This document shows positions 22,065 to 35,170 of a stretch of DNA of 64,000 nt, one piece after another (positions within the stretch are counted from its first letter, which is position 1; each line of letters begins with the position of its first letter). The stretch spans positions 71,612,001-71,676,000 of the forward strand of contig NC_087436.1 of the NCBI RefSeq assembly GCF_036321535.1. The letters run 5' to 3'. The notes beneath the pieces are model-generated. The model did no database searches. It saw nothing but the letters and a program-made list of their open reading frames with translations, and was not told the origin of the DNA. The stretch is from Camelus dromedarius (Eukaryota). The position numbers and the translations under genes are program-made.

Positions 22065-24456
22065 CAGGCATGCCTTACTTTATTGTGCTTCACTTTACTG
22101 TTTGACAGATGCTGTGTTTTAACAAATTAAAGGTTTGTGGCAACTATGCATCAAGCAAGTCTATCACTGCTATTTTTCTAACAGCATTTGCTCACTTTGT
22201 AGTCTCTGTGTCACATTTTGGTAATTCCCACAGTATTTCAAACTTTTTCATTACATTTGTTATGGTGATCTGTGATCAGTGATCTTTGATGTTACAACTG
22301 TAATTATTTTGGTGTGCCATGAACTGCACTTACATGAGATAGTGAATCCAATCAATAACTGTGTTTTGACTCTTCCACTGACTGTTTCCCCATCTCCCTC
22401 CCTCTCCTCAGACCTCCCTATCCCCTGAGATACAACAATATTGAAATTAGGCTAACTAATAACTCTACAGTGACCTCTAAGTGTCCAAGTGAAAGGAAGG
22501 GTCACATGTCTCTCACTTTAAAGCAAAAGCTAGAAATGACTAAGCTTAGTGAGGAAGGCATGTTGAAAGCCTACATAGGCCAAAGTTAGTCCTTCTGTGC
22601 CAAACACTTAGCCAAGTTGTAAATGCAAAGGAAAAGTTCTTGAAGGAAATTAAAAGTACTACTCCAGTGAACATGCAAATGATAAGAAAGCAAAACAGCT
22701 TTATGGCTGATATGGAGAAAGTTTTAGTGGTCTGGATGAAAGATCAAACCAGCCACAACATTCCCTTTAGCCAAAACCTAATCTAGAGCAACTCTCTTCA
22801 GTTCTGTGAAGGCTGAGAGAGGTGAGGAAGCTGCAGAGGGAAGTCTGAAGCCAGCAGAGGTTGGTTCATGAGGTTGCAGGGAAGAAGCCGTCTCCGTAAC
22901 ATGAAAGCGCAGCGTGAAGCAGCCAGTGCTGATGTAGAAGCTGCAGCGAGTCATCCAGAAGATCTAGCTCAGACCAGTCACGAAGGACACTGCACTAAAC
23001 AACAGATTTTTCAATGTAGATAAAACAGCCTTCTATTGGAGGAGGACACCATCTAGCACTTTCATAGCTAGAGAGCAAAGTCAATGCCTGGCTTCAAAGC
23101 TTCAAAGGACAGGCTAACTCTCTTGTCAGCGGCTGATGCAGCTGGTGACTTTAAGCAGAAGCCCATGTTCATTTACCATTCCAAAAACTTTAGTGCCCTT
23201 AAGAATTATGCTAAAGCTACTCTGCCTGTGCTCTATAAATGGAATAACAAAGCCTGGATGACAGCACATCTGCTGACAACATGATTTATTGAATATTTTA
23301 AGCCCTCTGTTGAGATCTACTGCTTAGAAAAAAATGCCTTTCAAAATACTACTGCTCATTGATAATGCATCTCATCATGCAAGAGCTCTAATGAAAGTGT
23401 TACAACAAGATTGATGTTGTTTTCAAGCCTGTTAACAAAACATCCATTCTTCATCCTGTGGGTCAAGGAGTAATTTTGGCTGTCAAATCTTATTATTTAA
23501 ATAATAAATTTCATAAGGCTAACCTGCCATAGTGATTCCTCTGATGGATCTGGACAAAGTTAATTGAAAGCTTTCCAGAAAGGATTCACCATTCTGGATG
23601 CCATTAAGAACATTTGTGATTCCTGAAAAGAAGTTAAAATATCGAGGTTAAAATATCAAGGTTAACAAGAATTTGGAAGAAGTTGATTCCAGCCCTCATT
23701 GATGACTCTGAGGGTTCAAGACTTCAGTGGAGGAAGTAACTGCAAATGTGGTGGTAATAGCAAGAGAACCAGAATTAGAAGTTGAGCCTGAAGACGTGCC
23801 TGAATTGCTACAGTCTCATGATAAAATTTTAATGGATAAGGAGTTGCTTCTTACAGATGGGCAAAGAAAGTGATTTCTTGAGGTGGAATCTACTTCGGGT
23901 AATGATGCTGTGAAGATTATTGACATGATAAGAAAAGATTTAGAATATTTCATAAACTTAGTTGATAAAGCAGTGGCAGGATTTGAAAGGACTGACTCCA
24001 ATTTTGAAAGAAGTTCTAATCTGGGTAAAATGCTGTCAAACAGCATTGAATGCTACAGAGAAATTATTCATGAAAGGAAGAGTCAACTGATGCAGCAAAC
24101 TTCATTGTTGTCTTATTTTATGAAATTGCTACAGCCACCCCAATCTTCAGCAACCACAACCCTGATCAGTTAGCAGCCATCAACATTGAGGCAAGACCGT
24201 CACCAGGAAAAATATTAGGATTTGCTGAAGGTCAGACGATGGTTGGAATTCTTTAGCAATAAAGAATTTTTTAAGTAAGGTATGTATATTATTTTTAGAC
24301 ATAATGCTATTGCACACTTAATAGACTACAGTATAGTATAACATAACTTTTATATGCACTGGGAAACCAAAAAATTCATCTGACTTGCTTTACTGCTATG
24401 TTTGCTTTATTGTGGTTGTCTGAAACCAAACCTGCAATGCCAACAAGATGTGCCTG
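22065..24456 (+). mobile_element. Near-full-length Tigger1 DNA transposon (TcMar-Tigger), decayed
   Basis: Termini CAGGCATGCCTT...AAGATGTGCCTG flanked by TA at 22063-64 and 24457-58; ~2.4 kb; transposase fragments such as [14 protein letters not shown]...[10 protein letters not shown]. Confidence 0.95.
22470..23830 (+). pseudogene. Disrupted Tigger1 (pogo-like DDE) transposase
   Basis: ORF 23084-23284 matches Tigger transposase; stops and frameshifts elsewhere; boundaries approximate. Confidence 0.85.
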
Positions 24457-24490
24457 TATTAAATTAGATGCTTATACTGAAAATGAAGGG

Positions 24491-24893
24491 CCAGAAAGAG
24501 AAAGAAAAATACCATATGATATCACTCATATGTGGAATCTAAAAAAACCCCAAAACACAAAAGGACACTATGAACTCACCTACAAAACAGAAACAGATTT
24601 TTCAGACTTAGTAAACAATCTTATGGTTACCGGGGAAAGCAGGTGGGAGGGGATACATTTGGGAGTTTGATATTTATGAATATTAGCCACCATATATAAA
24701 AATAGATTTTAAAAGTTTTTCTTTTGTATAGCACAGGGAACTGTGCTCAATATCTTGTAGTAACCTTTAATGGAAGAAGAAAAAATTATGAAAATGAATA
24801 TGTGTATGTAATGCAAGACTGGGACTTTGTGCTGTACATCAGAAATTGATACATTGTAATTGACTGTACTTCAATTTAATAAAAAAGAAAAAA
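24491..24893 (+). mobile_element. Camelid L1 3'-end fragment
   Basis: CCAGAAAGAGAAAGAAAAATACCATATGATATCACTCATATGTGGAATCT, 3' UTR and A-rich tail; TSD GAAAATGAA(G/T)GG at 24479-24490 and 24894-24905. Confidence 0.85.
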
Positions 24894-25124
24894 GAAAATG
24901 AATGGACACTTATCTTTCCAATCACCCCATAAATCCCATCCTTTCCCATTCCCAACAAATCTCTTATAATCTGTATTGTGGTGAAAACATGAAAGATGCA
25001 ATATACATGTGTTTCAAATCAATACATTTTATACCTTAATCTTACACAATTTTATGTCAATTATATCTTAAGCTGGAAAAATAAATACATAAATTATCAA
25101 ATAAAGCCACTGACACCCTGCCCC

Positions 25125-25600
25125 AACTTGGCTCCCCCCAAAGTAGACTCTGAAACAAGGATTTTTAATGCAAGCAATTTACTTGAGAGGTGATCCCAAA
25201 CACTGAGGGAGAGTAAAGGAAGGGAGCCAAGAAGAGGAAGCAGCCAATAAAGGTGAATTATCAAGTCAGTCCCACATGGGTGACTGGGATGGGGTCCCAT
25301 GGGAAAACAGTGTAAATGAGAATTTTCTTACCCAAGAAGAAAAGAAGTTCAAGAACTCATCCACCAACTCCAACAGTCACTGGTGAGGGCTGCTCCTGGA
25401 GTGCCAATTCCCTGGACCTTCTACATGTCACATGCCCAGGCAAAGTGGACACGCTTGGCTCAGAGGAAAATATCAGGCAGATCTGGCTGGTCTCACAGAG
25501 GTGGTGAGGCTTGCCTGAGGGATGAGAGCAGGGCACCAACAGCAGCACATGCCTCAGGCACTGACTTCCAACTGGAAGCTTCAGTTGAGTCCCATCAGCA
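25125..25600 (-). mobile_element. LTR33/LTR16-like ERVL LTR remnant
   Basis: AGACTCTGAAACAAGGATTTT...TGCAAGCAATTTACTTGAGAGGTGATCCCA...GAAGCAGCCAATAAAGG. Confidence 0.6.
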
Positions 25601-25909
25601 GCCAAGCTCTGATTCCAATCCATTTTGAGAGTGACAAACATGAAATTTTAATAGCAAAAATTTCCTTCCCAGAGATAGCAAGCCAACACTGAAAGAGTAT
25701 AAAAAGGATTTTTTGAAACAGCTGCTCCTTATTTATAGTTTACTTCTAGGATTGTGGACCAGAAAACTACATAAATGGATCATCTGGAGAAGAATGTTGC
25801 TTGCAGACAGAGATGACCCTGTCATATTCTCAATTGCTCCTGATGAGAGGTTTTACTCCTTTGATGATTCACTTCAATATTTAAATGTCCTTGACTCTGA
25901 ACAATAAAA

Positions 25910-26135
25910 GTAGCTTACATTTATTGGATATTTACGGTGCACCAGGGTGCAAAATCTAAGCTCATTTAATCCTCCCAACAACCTGATAAGGTAATTACTG
26001 TATCTGTATTTTTCATATGGGAAAACTAAAGGTCAGAGAAGTTAAGGAATCTTCTCAAAGCGACAGTCTACTAGCAAGTGTTTGGAGAGGGGACTCTAAC
26101 CCAAGTCTTTTTGACTCCTGTATTCATATCCTTAA
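25910..26135 (-). mobile_element. MIR SINE remnant
   Basis: CTCATTTAATCCTCCCAACAACCTGATAAGGTA...GAAAAACTAAAGGTCAGAGAAGTTAAG. Confidence 0.65.
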
Positions 26136-26470
26136 CTCACATTCACTGAGTTCACTATCCTGTGTCCTTAATAAAGAGAAAGATCTAGTTCATTAGCATT
26201 TTTCCATAATAATTCTTCTTCAAACACCCCTTCTTTAAGTTATATCCATATCTTTAGCCATTTCCCATATATTATTTTCTTGTCTTTTACTCAGGTATGT
26301 TTCTCAGTCTCAAACTCTTACTTTTCTATATCCTTCAATAAAATGCCAGTGTTCTACATAGAGACTGCATCTAATTCCTAGCAGTCTACAAATCAAAAAC
26401 CTATGAAAAATTATATATAAGCATTTATGTTTAAATCTTGAATTAAGCTAGCCAAATAAAAGCATCATGA

Positions 26471-26596
26471 GGGGGTGGGTATAGCTCAGTGATAGAGAGA
26501 ATGCCTGGCATGCACAAGGTCCTGGGTTCAACCCCCAGTACCTCCATTATCAATCAATCAATCAATCCTAATTATTCCCCCCACCAAAATAAGATA
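26471..26596 (+). mobile_element. Camelid tRNA-derived SINE (Vic-1-like)
   Basis: A box TAGCTCAGTGA, B box GGTTCAACCC, (TCAA)n, A-rich tail; exact 17-bp TSD AAATAAAAGCATCATGA at 26454-26470 and 26597-26613. Confidence 0.9.
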
Positions 26597-27629
26597 AAAT
26601 AAAAGCATCATGAAACTACTCCCAGCTTAAAAAAATTACAGCATGTGAGACATAAAGCAATTCTGAAGCAGAGAAAATTCATTACAATCTTCAGAATAAC
26701 GAAATGGTGCTTTGGGTGGTGAAAGTATTCTGATTTTGCTCATAAAACAGGCTAACAAGAAAATTCTTTTCTTTAACCATTCAAGGAAAATTATATCTTA
26801 AGGCTGATTTATGTTTGCAAATGTGTAGTAAGTTCATTCAGCACAAGATCTTTTCCCAGACCTTAAACTAGCAAAATTTCTACTGATTTCATTTTGCTTC
26901 TTTGCAACCAGATCTCGGACATATGATGTACATAGTGTGACAAGTTTCATTTTTTCTTAAAGATCAGCATTACTGTCACTCTGTGGGTCTTAAATGTCCC
27001 CAGTTTCCACAAATGTAACTTTATATTCATCAAAATCATTAGTTTTTATATGCTATTATGTAACCCTTTATATTATAAAGAATAATATAAACCAGACTAT
27101 CAAAGGTTTAAGGAGGGACAGCATAACTATGGGGTATATATCTATGATATTTAACACTCATTCTTATATAGACCTGAATAAGATAAGAGATGCATGCATT
27201 TTCCCACTTATGACCTGAGTTATTCTTAGTACATGAGTTGGCTTTCTCAATTCAACCCTCCAGACCCACTCTTCTTCATTCTGCTCTGTGCCCTTATGAT
27301 TAACCTGGGTGGACTCCATCAGTGAGCTCCCATGCCCTCTGCCTTTCAGATGGATTTGCACAATGGAAAACACTTATTCTCTATATAAGTCAGTTTTTCT
27401 TAACATCATATCACAGTGGTTTATTCATTCACTCATGCAGTAAATATCTGTTGAGTGCCTACTATGTACCATGTTCTGTACTAGTCATTGGAGATCCAGT
27501 GGTTGCTAGATAAATGTAGAGTTTATGTCTCGTGACCCTAACATTTTCCCTTTTGAATTCCATGTTGAAAGTATTTTTCTATTGGGCTGTATTTAAGTAA
27601 TCTTCCAATTAAACAAATTAATCAAAGAT

Positions 27630-28049
27630 CATCAACAGATGAATGGATAAACAAAATATGGCATATACATATACGGAATAGTGCTCAGCCATAAAAAGGA
27701 ATGAAGTACTGATAAATGCTACACTGTGGATGAACCTCAAAAATATTAGGCTAAGTGAAAGAAGCCACACATAAAAGGTCACATATTGTATGACTCAATT
27801 TATGTGAAGTACCCAAAATAGGTAAATCCATAAAGACAGAAAGCAAATTGGTGGTTGTCAGGGGCTGGGGGAGCGGAAAATGAGGAATGACTGACTTATG
27901 GGTATGAGGTTTTGTTTAGGGTGATGAAAGTGTTTTGTAACTATATAGATGGAGTGTTTGCACAACTCTGTGAATGTAGCAAATGCCAATGAATTGTACC
28001 TTTTAAAATGGTTTATTTTATGTTATGTGAATTTCACCTCAACAGAAAG
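27630..28049 (+). mobile_element. Old L1 (L1MB-like) 3' end
   Basis: GATGAATGGATAAACAAAATATGG...ATAAAAAGGAATGAAGTACTG...TTATGTGAATTTCACCTCAA; TSD AATTAATCAAAGAT at 27616-27629 and 28050-28063. Confidence 0.85.
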
Positions 28050-31000
28050 AATTAATCAAAGATAAATATACTAACCAATCAGCATTCTATCAGCAGAGGT
28101 AATCAGAGACTACTATAGTAAGATGAGTTCATTCCAGCTAAAAGTAAAAAAAAAAAAAAATTGATGCTTTAATTTGTTTATAAACTGATCTTTTGCCTTT
28201 ATTAACCAGGCAACTTTTTATATACAGATTGTCTTTAAGCCAAGAAATGAAGTACTATTGAGAAGTTACACAAGCATTCTAGGCACTAAACCATGTTTCA
28301 TTATAGATTTATATATTAACTTTCTGGTTTATATGATAAAAATACTCATGATAGTAATAAACAGATGAAGAACTACAACAGTAACAGTATCATCAACAGC
28401 AACCATGACACCTGACGTTTACTGAGTCTAGAATTGCCAGGAACTGGGACAAGTGCTGGACAACCATCATTTCATTCATGCTTCATATGAGGTACTGTTA
28501 TTTTCCTGGTTTTTTCAGATGATGACACTGAGACTCACGGAGGTCAGAAAACTTGACTAATGTCAAAATCCAGTAAAAAGCAAAGCCAGGTTTTCATCAA
28601 GGAGTCTGTCTCCAGCAACCTGTGTGATTGACCTCTCTGCCAAATTGCTGAAGCATTACATAAAGCTAAACTGCTGTGCATAGAGGCAGATGTGCTAAGC
28701 TGTTTAGTCTCCCTGATGCCAGGCAACTAAACACCAACAAAACTGAGCCAAAAGGTGAGGCCAGACCATGCTCAGTGGTAGCCCAGAGTCCCTCCTAGAA
28801 AAGTCCAGACTTGGCATATTGACCAATCAATATGTCCAAACAATGTTTCTATCCAGTTGTTCTTTAATTTTAAATACATGAATCTTTAAGCTATTGAGAA
28901 TGATATACTCAAACTAGGAAATCATTTTAAAATTACCCCTTAATAAACATTCTCCTATTTAATAATTTATTTAGTGAACCACTAAAATATCAGAGTGCAA
29001 TACCTAGAAGTTCTTCAATTTTAGACACAAAAAAGTATGTCTATTAAGATATAGTCAATTTTATAATAAAGACAACAGCAGTGCAGGGCTTATGACGTAG
29101 CACCACCTTGACAACTATTCTGATCCACTTTGCCCTATACGGAGAGTGCTGCCCAAGAGACAAAACTTTTTACATGTTTCATCCAACTGACTTAATAGTA
29201 AGGTTCTTTTATACTTATAGTATTGGTTCTACATGAGAATATGCTATTTTAAAAAGCAGTTGTAAAGTAAAATTTCCACTTATTTAATCCTTAGGAGAAA
29301 CAGGTCAGTATTATTACCACGCATTAGTTAATTGAAATTTCTAAATTGCCAAACATGTGCAGCTGGCTTTAGGTTTTATTATACAAAACAATAATATAAA
29401 AATATGACCTCTCAATTCTTGGGAATTAGAACATGCAGTCTCCACTTGGAATTCATAACAATCATTGCTATGACTATTTAATGCACATTTCTCACTTACA
29501 CCTCACATCATACTAAAGATTTAGAAGAAAGTTTATTGAACAACCCTGATATGTCATTGTGCAAATGATTCTCCATCTGAAACTCACAAAGGACAGATAC
29601 TGATTACTCAGAATTCTTGGGGAATAGCAGTTTTGATTAATTATAAATATTTTAGATTGTAAGAAATACTTCTACATTTCCATAACGGTTGAGACATTCC
29701 TTAAGCCGTGTTTGAGTTGAATTTACTGTATTTGTAAACACAGCAAAGCAAATTAGTGATCTCTCAGAGCTGAGTGTTTTTAGATTCTAAAAATATTTTT
29801 AATATTCTCACCATGGTCAGTACAAAGTGGACACACAAAAAACACGTGTCAACACATTCAAGATGCTCCTGATGCTGGTGAATAAAGACTGTCGTTCCCA
29901 GGATATTCCCTAAGGTCCACTGACTTTCTTACATTGACTTCTTTATATCAGCTTTTTCTTCATACTTGTGCTGGGAAAGAGCATGAAATCCAAGTTCCTG
30001 CTTTGCTTACAATCCCCTTGTAAGAACAGCAGCCCTAAGAGACATTTTCTGGAAAAAAAAAAAGTTGCAGTGATTCACACCAAATATGCCTTGTGAAGCT
30101 GCTGCTGCTCTGACCTCAGAGAAGAGGGCCCAAGTTAAAGGCAGGTCACCACACAGTTTGGATGTGGAGGAAGCTATCAGGTCTGAAGTGGTTTGATGAA
30201 CCTTGCCAGGCCAGGAACTTCACCGTGGGTAGTAACAATGTACCACAGAAGATTATTTTTTCCCTCTGGAAGTATTAATTCCAGTCTTGGAAATTTGGAG
30301 ATGCAAAATAATTATATAGTTTGAAGACTCTGTGGTCTCTTGAATCCTTGTAACAAAGTCTCATTACCTAGAATCACAACATACTAGTCAAAGAGGAGCC
30401 CTAAATAATATATACAGGTTACCTCAATCCATTTTTAATGATTAATCAGTTTAAACATTATCAACCCAGATTTTATTAGGTGGTGGACAAAATGAGGGCA
30501 GTGGACTTTGGAATCAAAACTATGTTTAAATCCAGACAACTTGACTTTACCATTTTAAAGAATATCAGGTAATATTAGGCAAGCTATGAAGACCCTTACT
30601 GAGCCTCAGTCTCCTTTCTTTAAAATGGGCATAATAATTCTTACTTCACAGATTCAAACAGGGAAAGGACCTAGTAAGGGGCCTGTCACATAGGCAGAAC
30701 CCAAGAAATAATCTTTCTCTCCCCAATCCTTCTACTGATTTCCCATTTTAACTTTTAGATGCATTTATGTCCCCAAATCCAACTAACATGCTTGCTGTCA
30801 AATTAAAACAAAAACCAAAACAACAGGTACAATTAAAGAATTCTGAAATTAGGCAAAAATGTTGGGAGTTCAGAAAGGGATTTTTAAAAGGTAACATTAT
30901 TTTTTGAATATTAATATTGGACTGTCTTTTTGTTCATTTTAAAAGTGATACTTAAAATCAGGTCATACTTTCCAAGTCTAACAAACGGAATTCAGAATGG

Positions 31001-32955
31001 GAAAACAGTCTCTGTTGTTATATCCATTTCCATAAGAATCCAAGGAAATCAGAAAGAAATCAAAACATGACCAAAGAATAAGACATCTTAAAAACTTTCC
31101 CCCCAACTTCGTCAAAATTTTCATAAGCTCACCTTTGGTTTCTGCTAAAACTTTCCTATTTTGCCTAAGTGGGCCCATCCGATTCCCCCAACTGTAAATC
31201 TGTCTCATGTTCTCAGAACAGGATCTTTTCTCCCTCAGGCCTTCACTTTCCATTTAAATACCCTCTGCTACTTTTCTCCAAAAATCCTTATAACAAATAT
31301 TAGCTTACATGCAAGGAAAGCAAGTAGAGTTTCAAAATGCGCCAGGGGCGGCATTCTTAAAAATAACTCTTGAGGAACAACACTTACTTATCCAATAAAA
31401 ACACAATCAGAATTCAGAATAGTTAACTGTGGGATTTGTACATTTATCTGCTCTTTGGAAAGGTAAAATAAACATGAAAAATTCCATAAAATCCAAACCA
31501 AAAGTCACCTGCCATCACCACCACTCTGTCCTTTCCAATAAACACTTGTTGGCAGAGGCAGGAGGGAAATCGAAGTTTCTTGCCTCTTGAAGTGACAAGC
31601 ACATTCTTTCCTCATCCGCCAAGCTGCTTTTCTCCCTCTGAAGCTCCAGCTGTTTTCAAAACCCAGACATTGTTCCCTTCACTGGCCGGCCTCTGGCTCT
31701 AACTCTTAGCCAAGACTGCTTCGCCCTGAAATCTCTCCGGGACACTAGCAGCCAGGACTTGGAAGACTGTGCCTACTTAAAGCTAGTTGGGTTTTTGGCG
31801 GGGAGAAAAAGGGGGAAAAAAGAGGGGGATAGAGATGAATGGGAAATACTGTGTGTCAGCACAAGAACTCAAAACAATTGTTTGGACAATGCCTGATCCT
31901 CTGGTGCTGCCAAGTGGTGGCTGATGATTTTCATAGTGGTGTCCAGACTTTGAGACTGTGGGATCTTTTTTCACTGTTGTTCACAGCCTGGGACCCCCCA
32001 AGTTCTGCTGTGGAAAATAAAAGACGCTCACAAGATAAGGAAGTCCCTTGTAACTACAATTTCTTTCAGTTATCATATGAATGAGAAAATTCATAGGACC
32101 ATGGGATACTTGCAGGGGGTAGGGTGGTGAATTTTAAGTCCATTCATTTATATAAACAAGCTCCACAAAGGACAATGTGAATTAATTCCTCAGGGATTAT
32201 GAGGAGTAAATCGTTTATGTTTCTTCCAATTAATAATGTTCCTCCCTTGGCCATAAGTGTCATAGAAGTAGGAGAAAAGGAATACAAAGACACATTTGTT
32301 CACTTTCAAACACAGGAAATCAACTATCAGAAGAAAAGGCAAACACCTGCAACTATTTAGAAATTCTGGTTTTAAAAAAAAGTTAAAACTATCCTACGTC
32401 CATACTATCCCACCTTGATAAGGAACCAAGAACGAATTTTTTAACTTCACACATAGCTATTAATCACTGTCTGCAGTGCTTCTTGAAAGTACAACACATT
32501 AATCTGCCATTACACTTAGAGATGTCAGTCAAAGTCTAGCCAGCTGGATTAGTTAGAATATAGATTTGGCGAAGTGTGAAAAGAACCGAACAGCAGAGTT
32601 CCCTTTACAAAACGATTGTTGTCTTATTTCTCATTCTCATGACAGTACGACTGCACACAGTCCAGAGGCAGGAATTCTGGCTCCTTCTATTTGTTTCACC
32701 ACACCAAGGACATTTCTGCCATCCACATGGTCCAAGATGATCTTCAGTCAGGCCAGTGAGACGTGAAAGAAAGGGAGCCAACGGGGAGAGTCCATCACTT
32801 CCCTTTAGGAGCATGACTCGGAACTTGCACATATCATGCCCACCTACTTCCCATTAACTATACTGTGGTTACACGGTCACTGTCTGAAAAAAATGTTGTC
32901 TTTATTTTGGGCATCCATGTGTCAGCTAAATATAAAGAATTCTGTTACTTTAGTA

Positions 32956-33276
32956 CAGAAATCAGCAAACTCTGGCCCACTGCCTGGTTTTAAGTGACCT
33001 ACAAGCTAAAAATGGTTTTTACATTTTTGAGTGCTTCAAAAAAAAATCAAGAGAAAAACAACATTTCGTGATGTGAAAATTATGTGAAATTCAAATTTCA
33101 GTGTCCATAAATAAACTTTTATTAGAACACAGCCACGCTCATTCATTTAAATATTGTCTACAGCTGCTTTCATGTTGCAAGGGCAGAGCTGAGTAGCTGT
33201 GACAGAGACCACATGGCCTACAAGGCCTAAACCATTTACTGTCTGGCCCTGTGCAAAAAGGATTTTCTGATCTTTG
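32956..33276. mobile_element. MER58B-like hAT-Charlie element
   Basis: CAGCAAACT...AAATTCAAATTTCAGTGTCCATAAATAAA...GAACACAGCCACGCTCATTC...GCTGAGTAGCTGTGACAGAGACC. Confidence 0.85.
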
Positions 33277-33422
33277 CTTTAGAAGGAAAAAAGACAGGTA
33301 TGGATGGATAAGTTGCCAACTTGGCAATACCTAAGTGGTGAAACTGGGAATAGGAGAAGGTGGGTTTTTAAAGGGGCTGCAAGTGAGTTTTATTCCTTTA
33401 AAAGTTTTTAATTTAATGTAGT

Positions 33423-33889
33423 TGTATTAGGTATCCATTTATGCATTAAATATTACTCTGAAACTTAAGCGGTTTAAACAGTAAGTTTTATTCAGTTTCT
33501 GCTCAGAGTCAGGAATTCATAAGGGATTACCTGGGTGGGTCTAGAGGAGAGTCTCTCATAGATCTGCAGTTATGATGTTGGCAGACGCTGCAGCCTCACC
33601 TGAAGGCCTGACTGGGGCTGGAGGAGCCGCTGTTGGATGGTTCACGCACATGTCTGAATCATCTGAGAGACAGAAACAGAGAGAGAGGGAGGGAGGCAGA
33701 ATAAGCAGGAATTCACAGTGCTTTTGTACCCAGTCTCCAAAGTCTCACACTGTTATTTCCATTATATTCTTTTTATTAGAAGAGATTCACTAAGTCCACT
33801 CCAGCCCATACTCAATGGGAGGGCAATTAGTTTCCCTCCATCAAAAAGAAAAATATCAAATAATTTGTGATTATTTTTAAACCACCACA
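33423..33889 (-). mobile_element. MLT1 (MaLR) LTR
   Basis: TGTATTAG start, GTCAGGAATTC, GAAGGCCTGACTGGGGCTGGAGGA, end TTTTAAACCACCACA. Confidence 0.75.
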
Positions 33890-34553
33890 GCAGTATTTGA
33901 GGAGAAAAAAGTAAACCATCTGTCTTCACATAATGCTAGGGAGATGAGTCTGGTGATTATAAAGTAATTATGTTTATTTGACCAGGAAAACAGAATACTA
34001 AGTCCTACATTATAGATGGCAATCGGGTTTCAGCTCCCTCATCTACTCCAGTCAGTTGGTAGTAGTTGCCAGGAGTACTACGTTGAGAAGGACTGATAGC
34101 TAGCAAGTCCACGTATTTTCTATCACTGGACTTTTAAAAAATATCAAAAGTCTAAACAATGAAAATTTGGAGAAGAAACAGTACGTGCAGTATGTTCAAA
34201 TGTCCAGAAAGCTCATGCAGCCACAGCTCTTGAACAGCTCTCCCAGCATGTTTCTCAGAGCATGGTTTCTCATGAGATTCCCTCTCTTCATCAAGCCTTC
34301 CTGCCACCAAGTGTTTATTGAGCATCTGTGTGTTACACAGGTACTCTGGCCACCAGAGATATAATGGGGGACAAAATAAATGTCTTGACATCATGATAAA
34401 TAAGACTTTCTGTATTCTGTAAAAAGTCCTAATTTTCCTTCCCCTTTCCAAAAATCGTATGTTTTATTTCTGATTATTATCCAACTACACTAGATATTCT
34501 AGGTCAATACTAAATAATAGTAGTGATTTTACATGTTTCTGGTCCCTGTATTA

Positions 34554-34810
34554 CAGGGTTTCCCAGAGTGTGTGTCACAGGACAGTAATTCCAGTGGGTA
34601 TTAATAGGTATAACTTGAATAGAAGGTTTTCACAATCACATCAAAGATTGGAAAATGTTGGATTAAACAAAGTTGAACAGATTTCTCTACTGCAGGCAAC
34701 TTTAACGGGCCATGAATCACCAGGAAAAGAATGATATACTGTATTTCCGAAAGTTACTTGAGTTTAAAATCCTGTGTGTTTTGTTTTGTTTTCACAGAAT
34801 GCTTATTCAG
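34554..34810. mobile_element. hAT-Charlie remnant (MER113-like)
   Basis: CAGGGTTTCCCAGAGTGTG start; GATTAAACAAAGTTGAACAGATTTCTCTACTGCAGG. Confidence 0.5.
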
Positions 34811-35127
34811 GTGGTCTGACAAGTGCTGCTGGAGGAAATCTAAAGTCACTGTTTCTTTATCTCCCTTTCAGCCACATCAGTTCTCTTGTGTTTCCCTAAG
34901 ACCTTAGAGTTCATTGCAACACATAAATGTCCATTATTACAGCAATATACGAATCCTGATTGGAAAGGAAATAAAAGGTGGCAATTATTCTCGTAGAGTA
35001 ATGCTTTAATATCTGAGTATTTTAAAGCCATACAAGTGTTTTTAAACACATAATTTATAATGACAAATATATAGAATGTTTACTCATATATACACCTGTA
35101 TAAAGATATATATATACCTGTATAAAG

Positions 35128-35138
<11 letters not shown>

Positions 35139-35167
<29 letters not shown>
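35139..35167. repeat. (TG)n microsatellite preceded by (TA)n
   Basis: Direct reading. Confidence 0.9.

Positions 35168-35170
<3 letters not shown>

Noticed and set aside
23883..24173. 96-aa ORF resembling 'tigger transposable element-derived protein' annotations
   Set aside because: Lies in the 3' part of a decayed Tigger1 whose transposase frame is broken; no sign of domestication.
26471..26545. tRNA-like sequence (also 45920-45990)
   Set aside because: SINE head with tail and TSD; not a tRNA gene.
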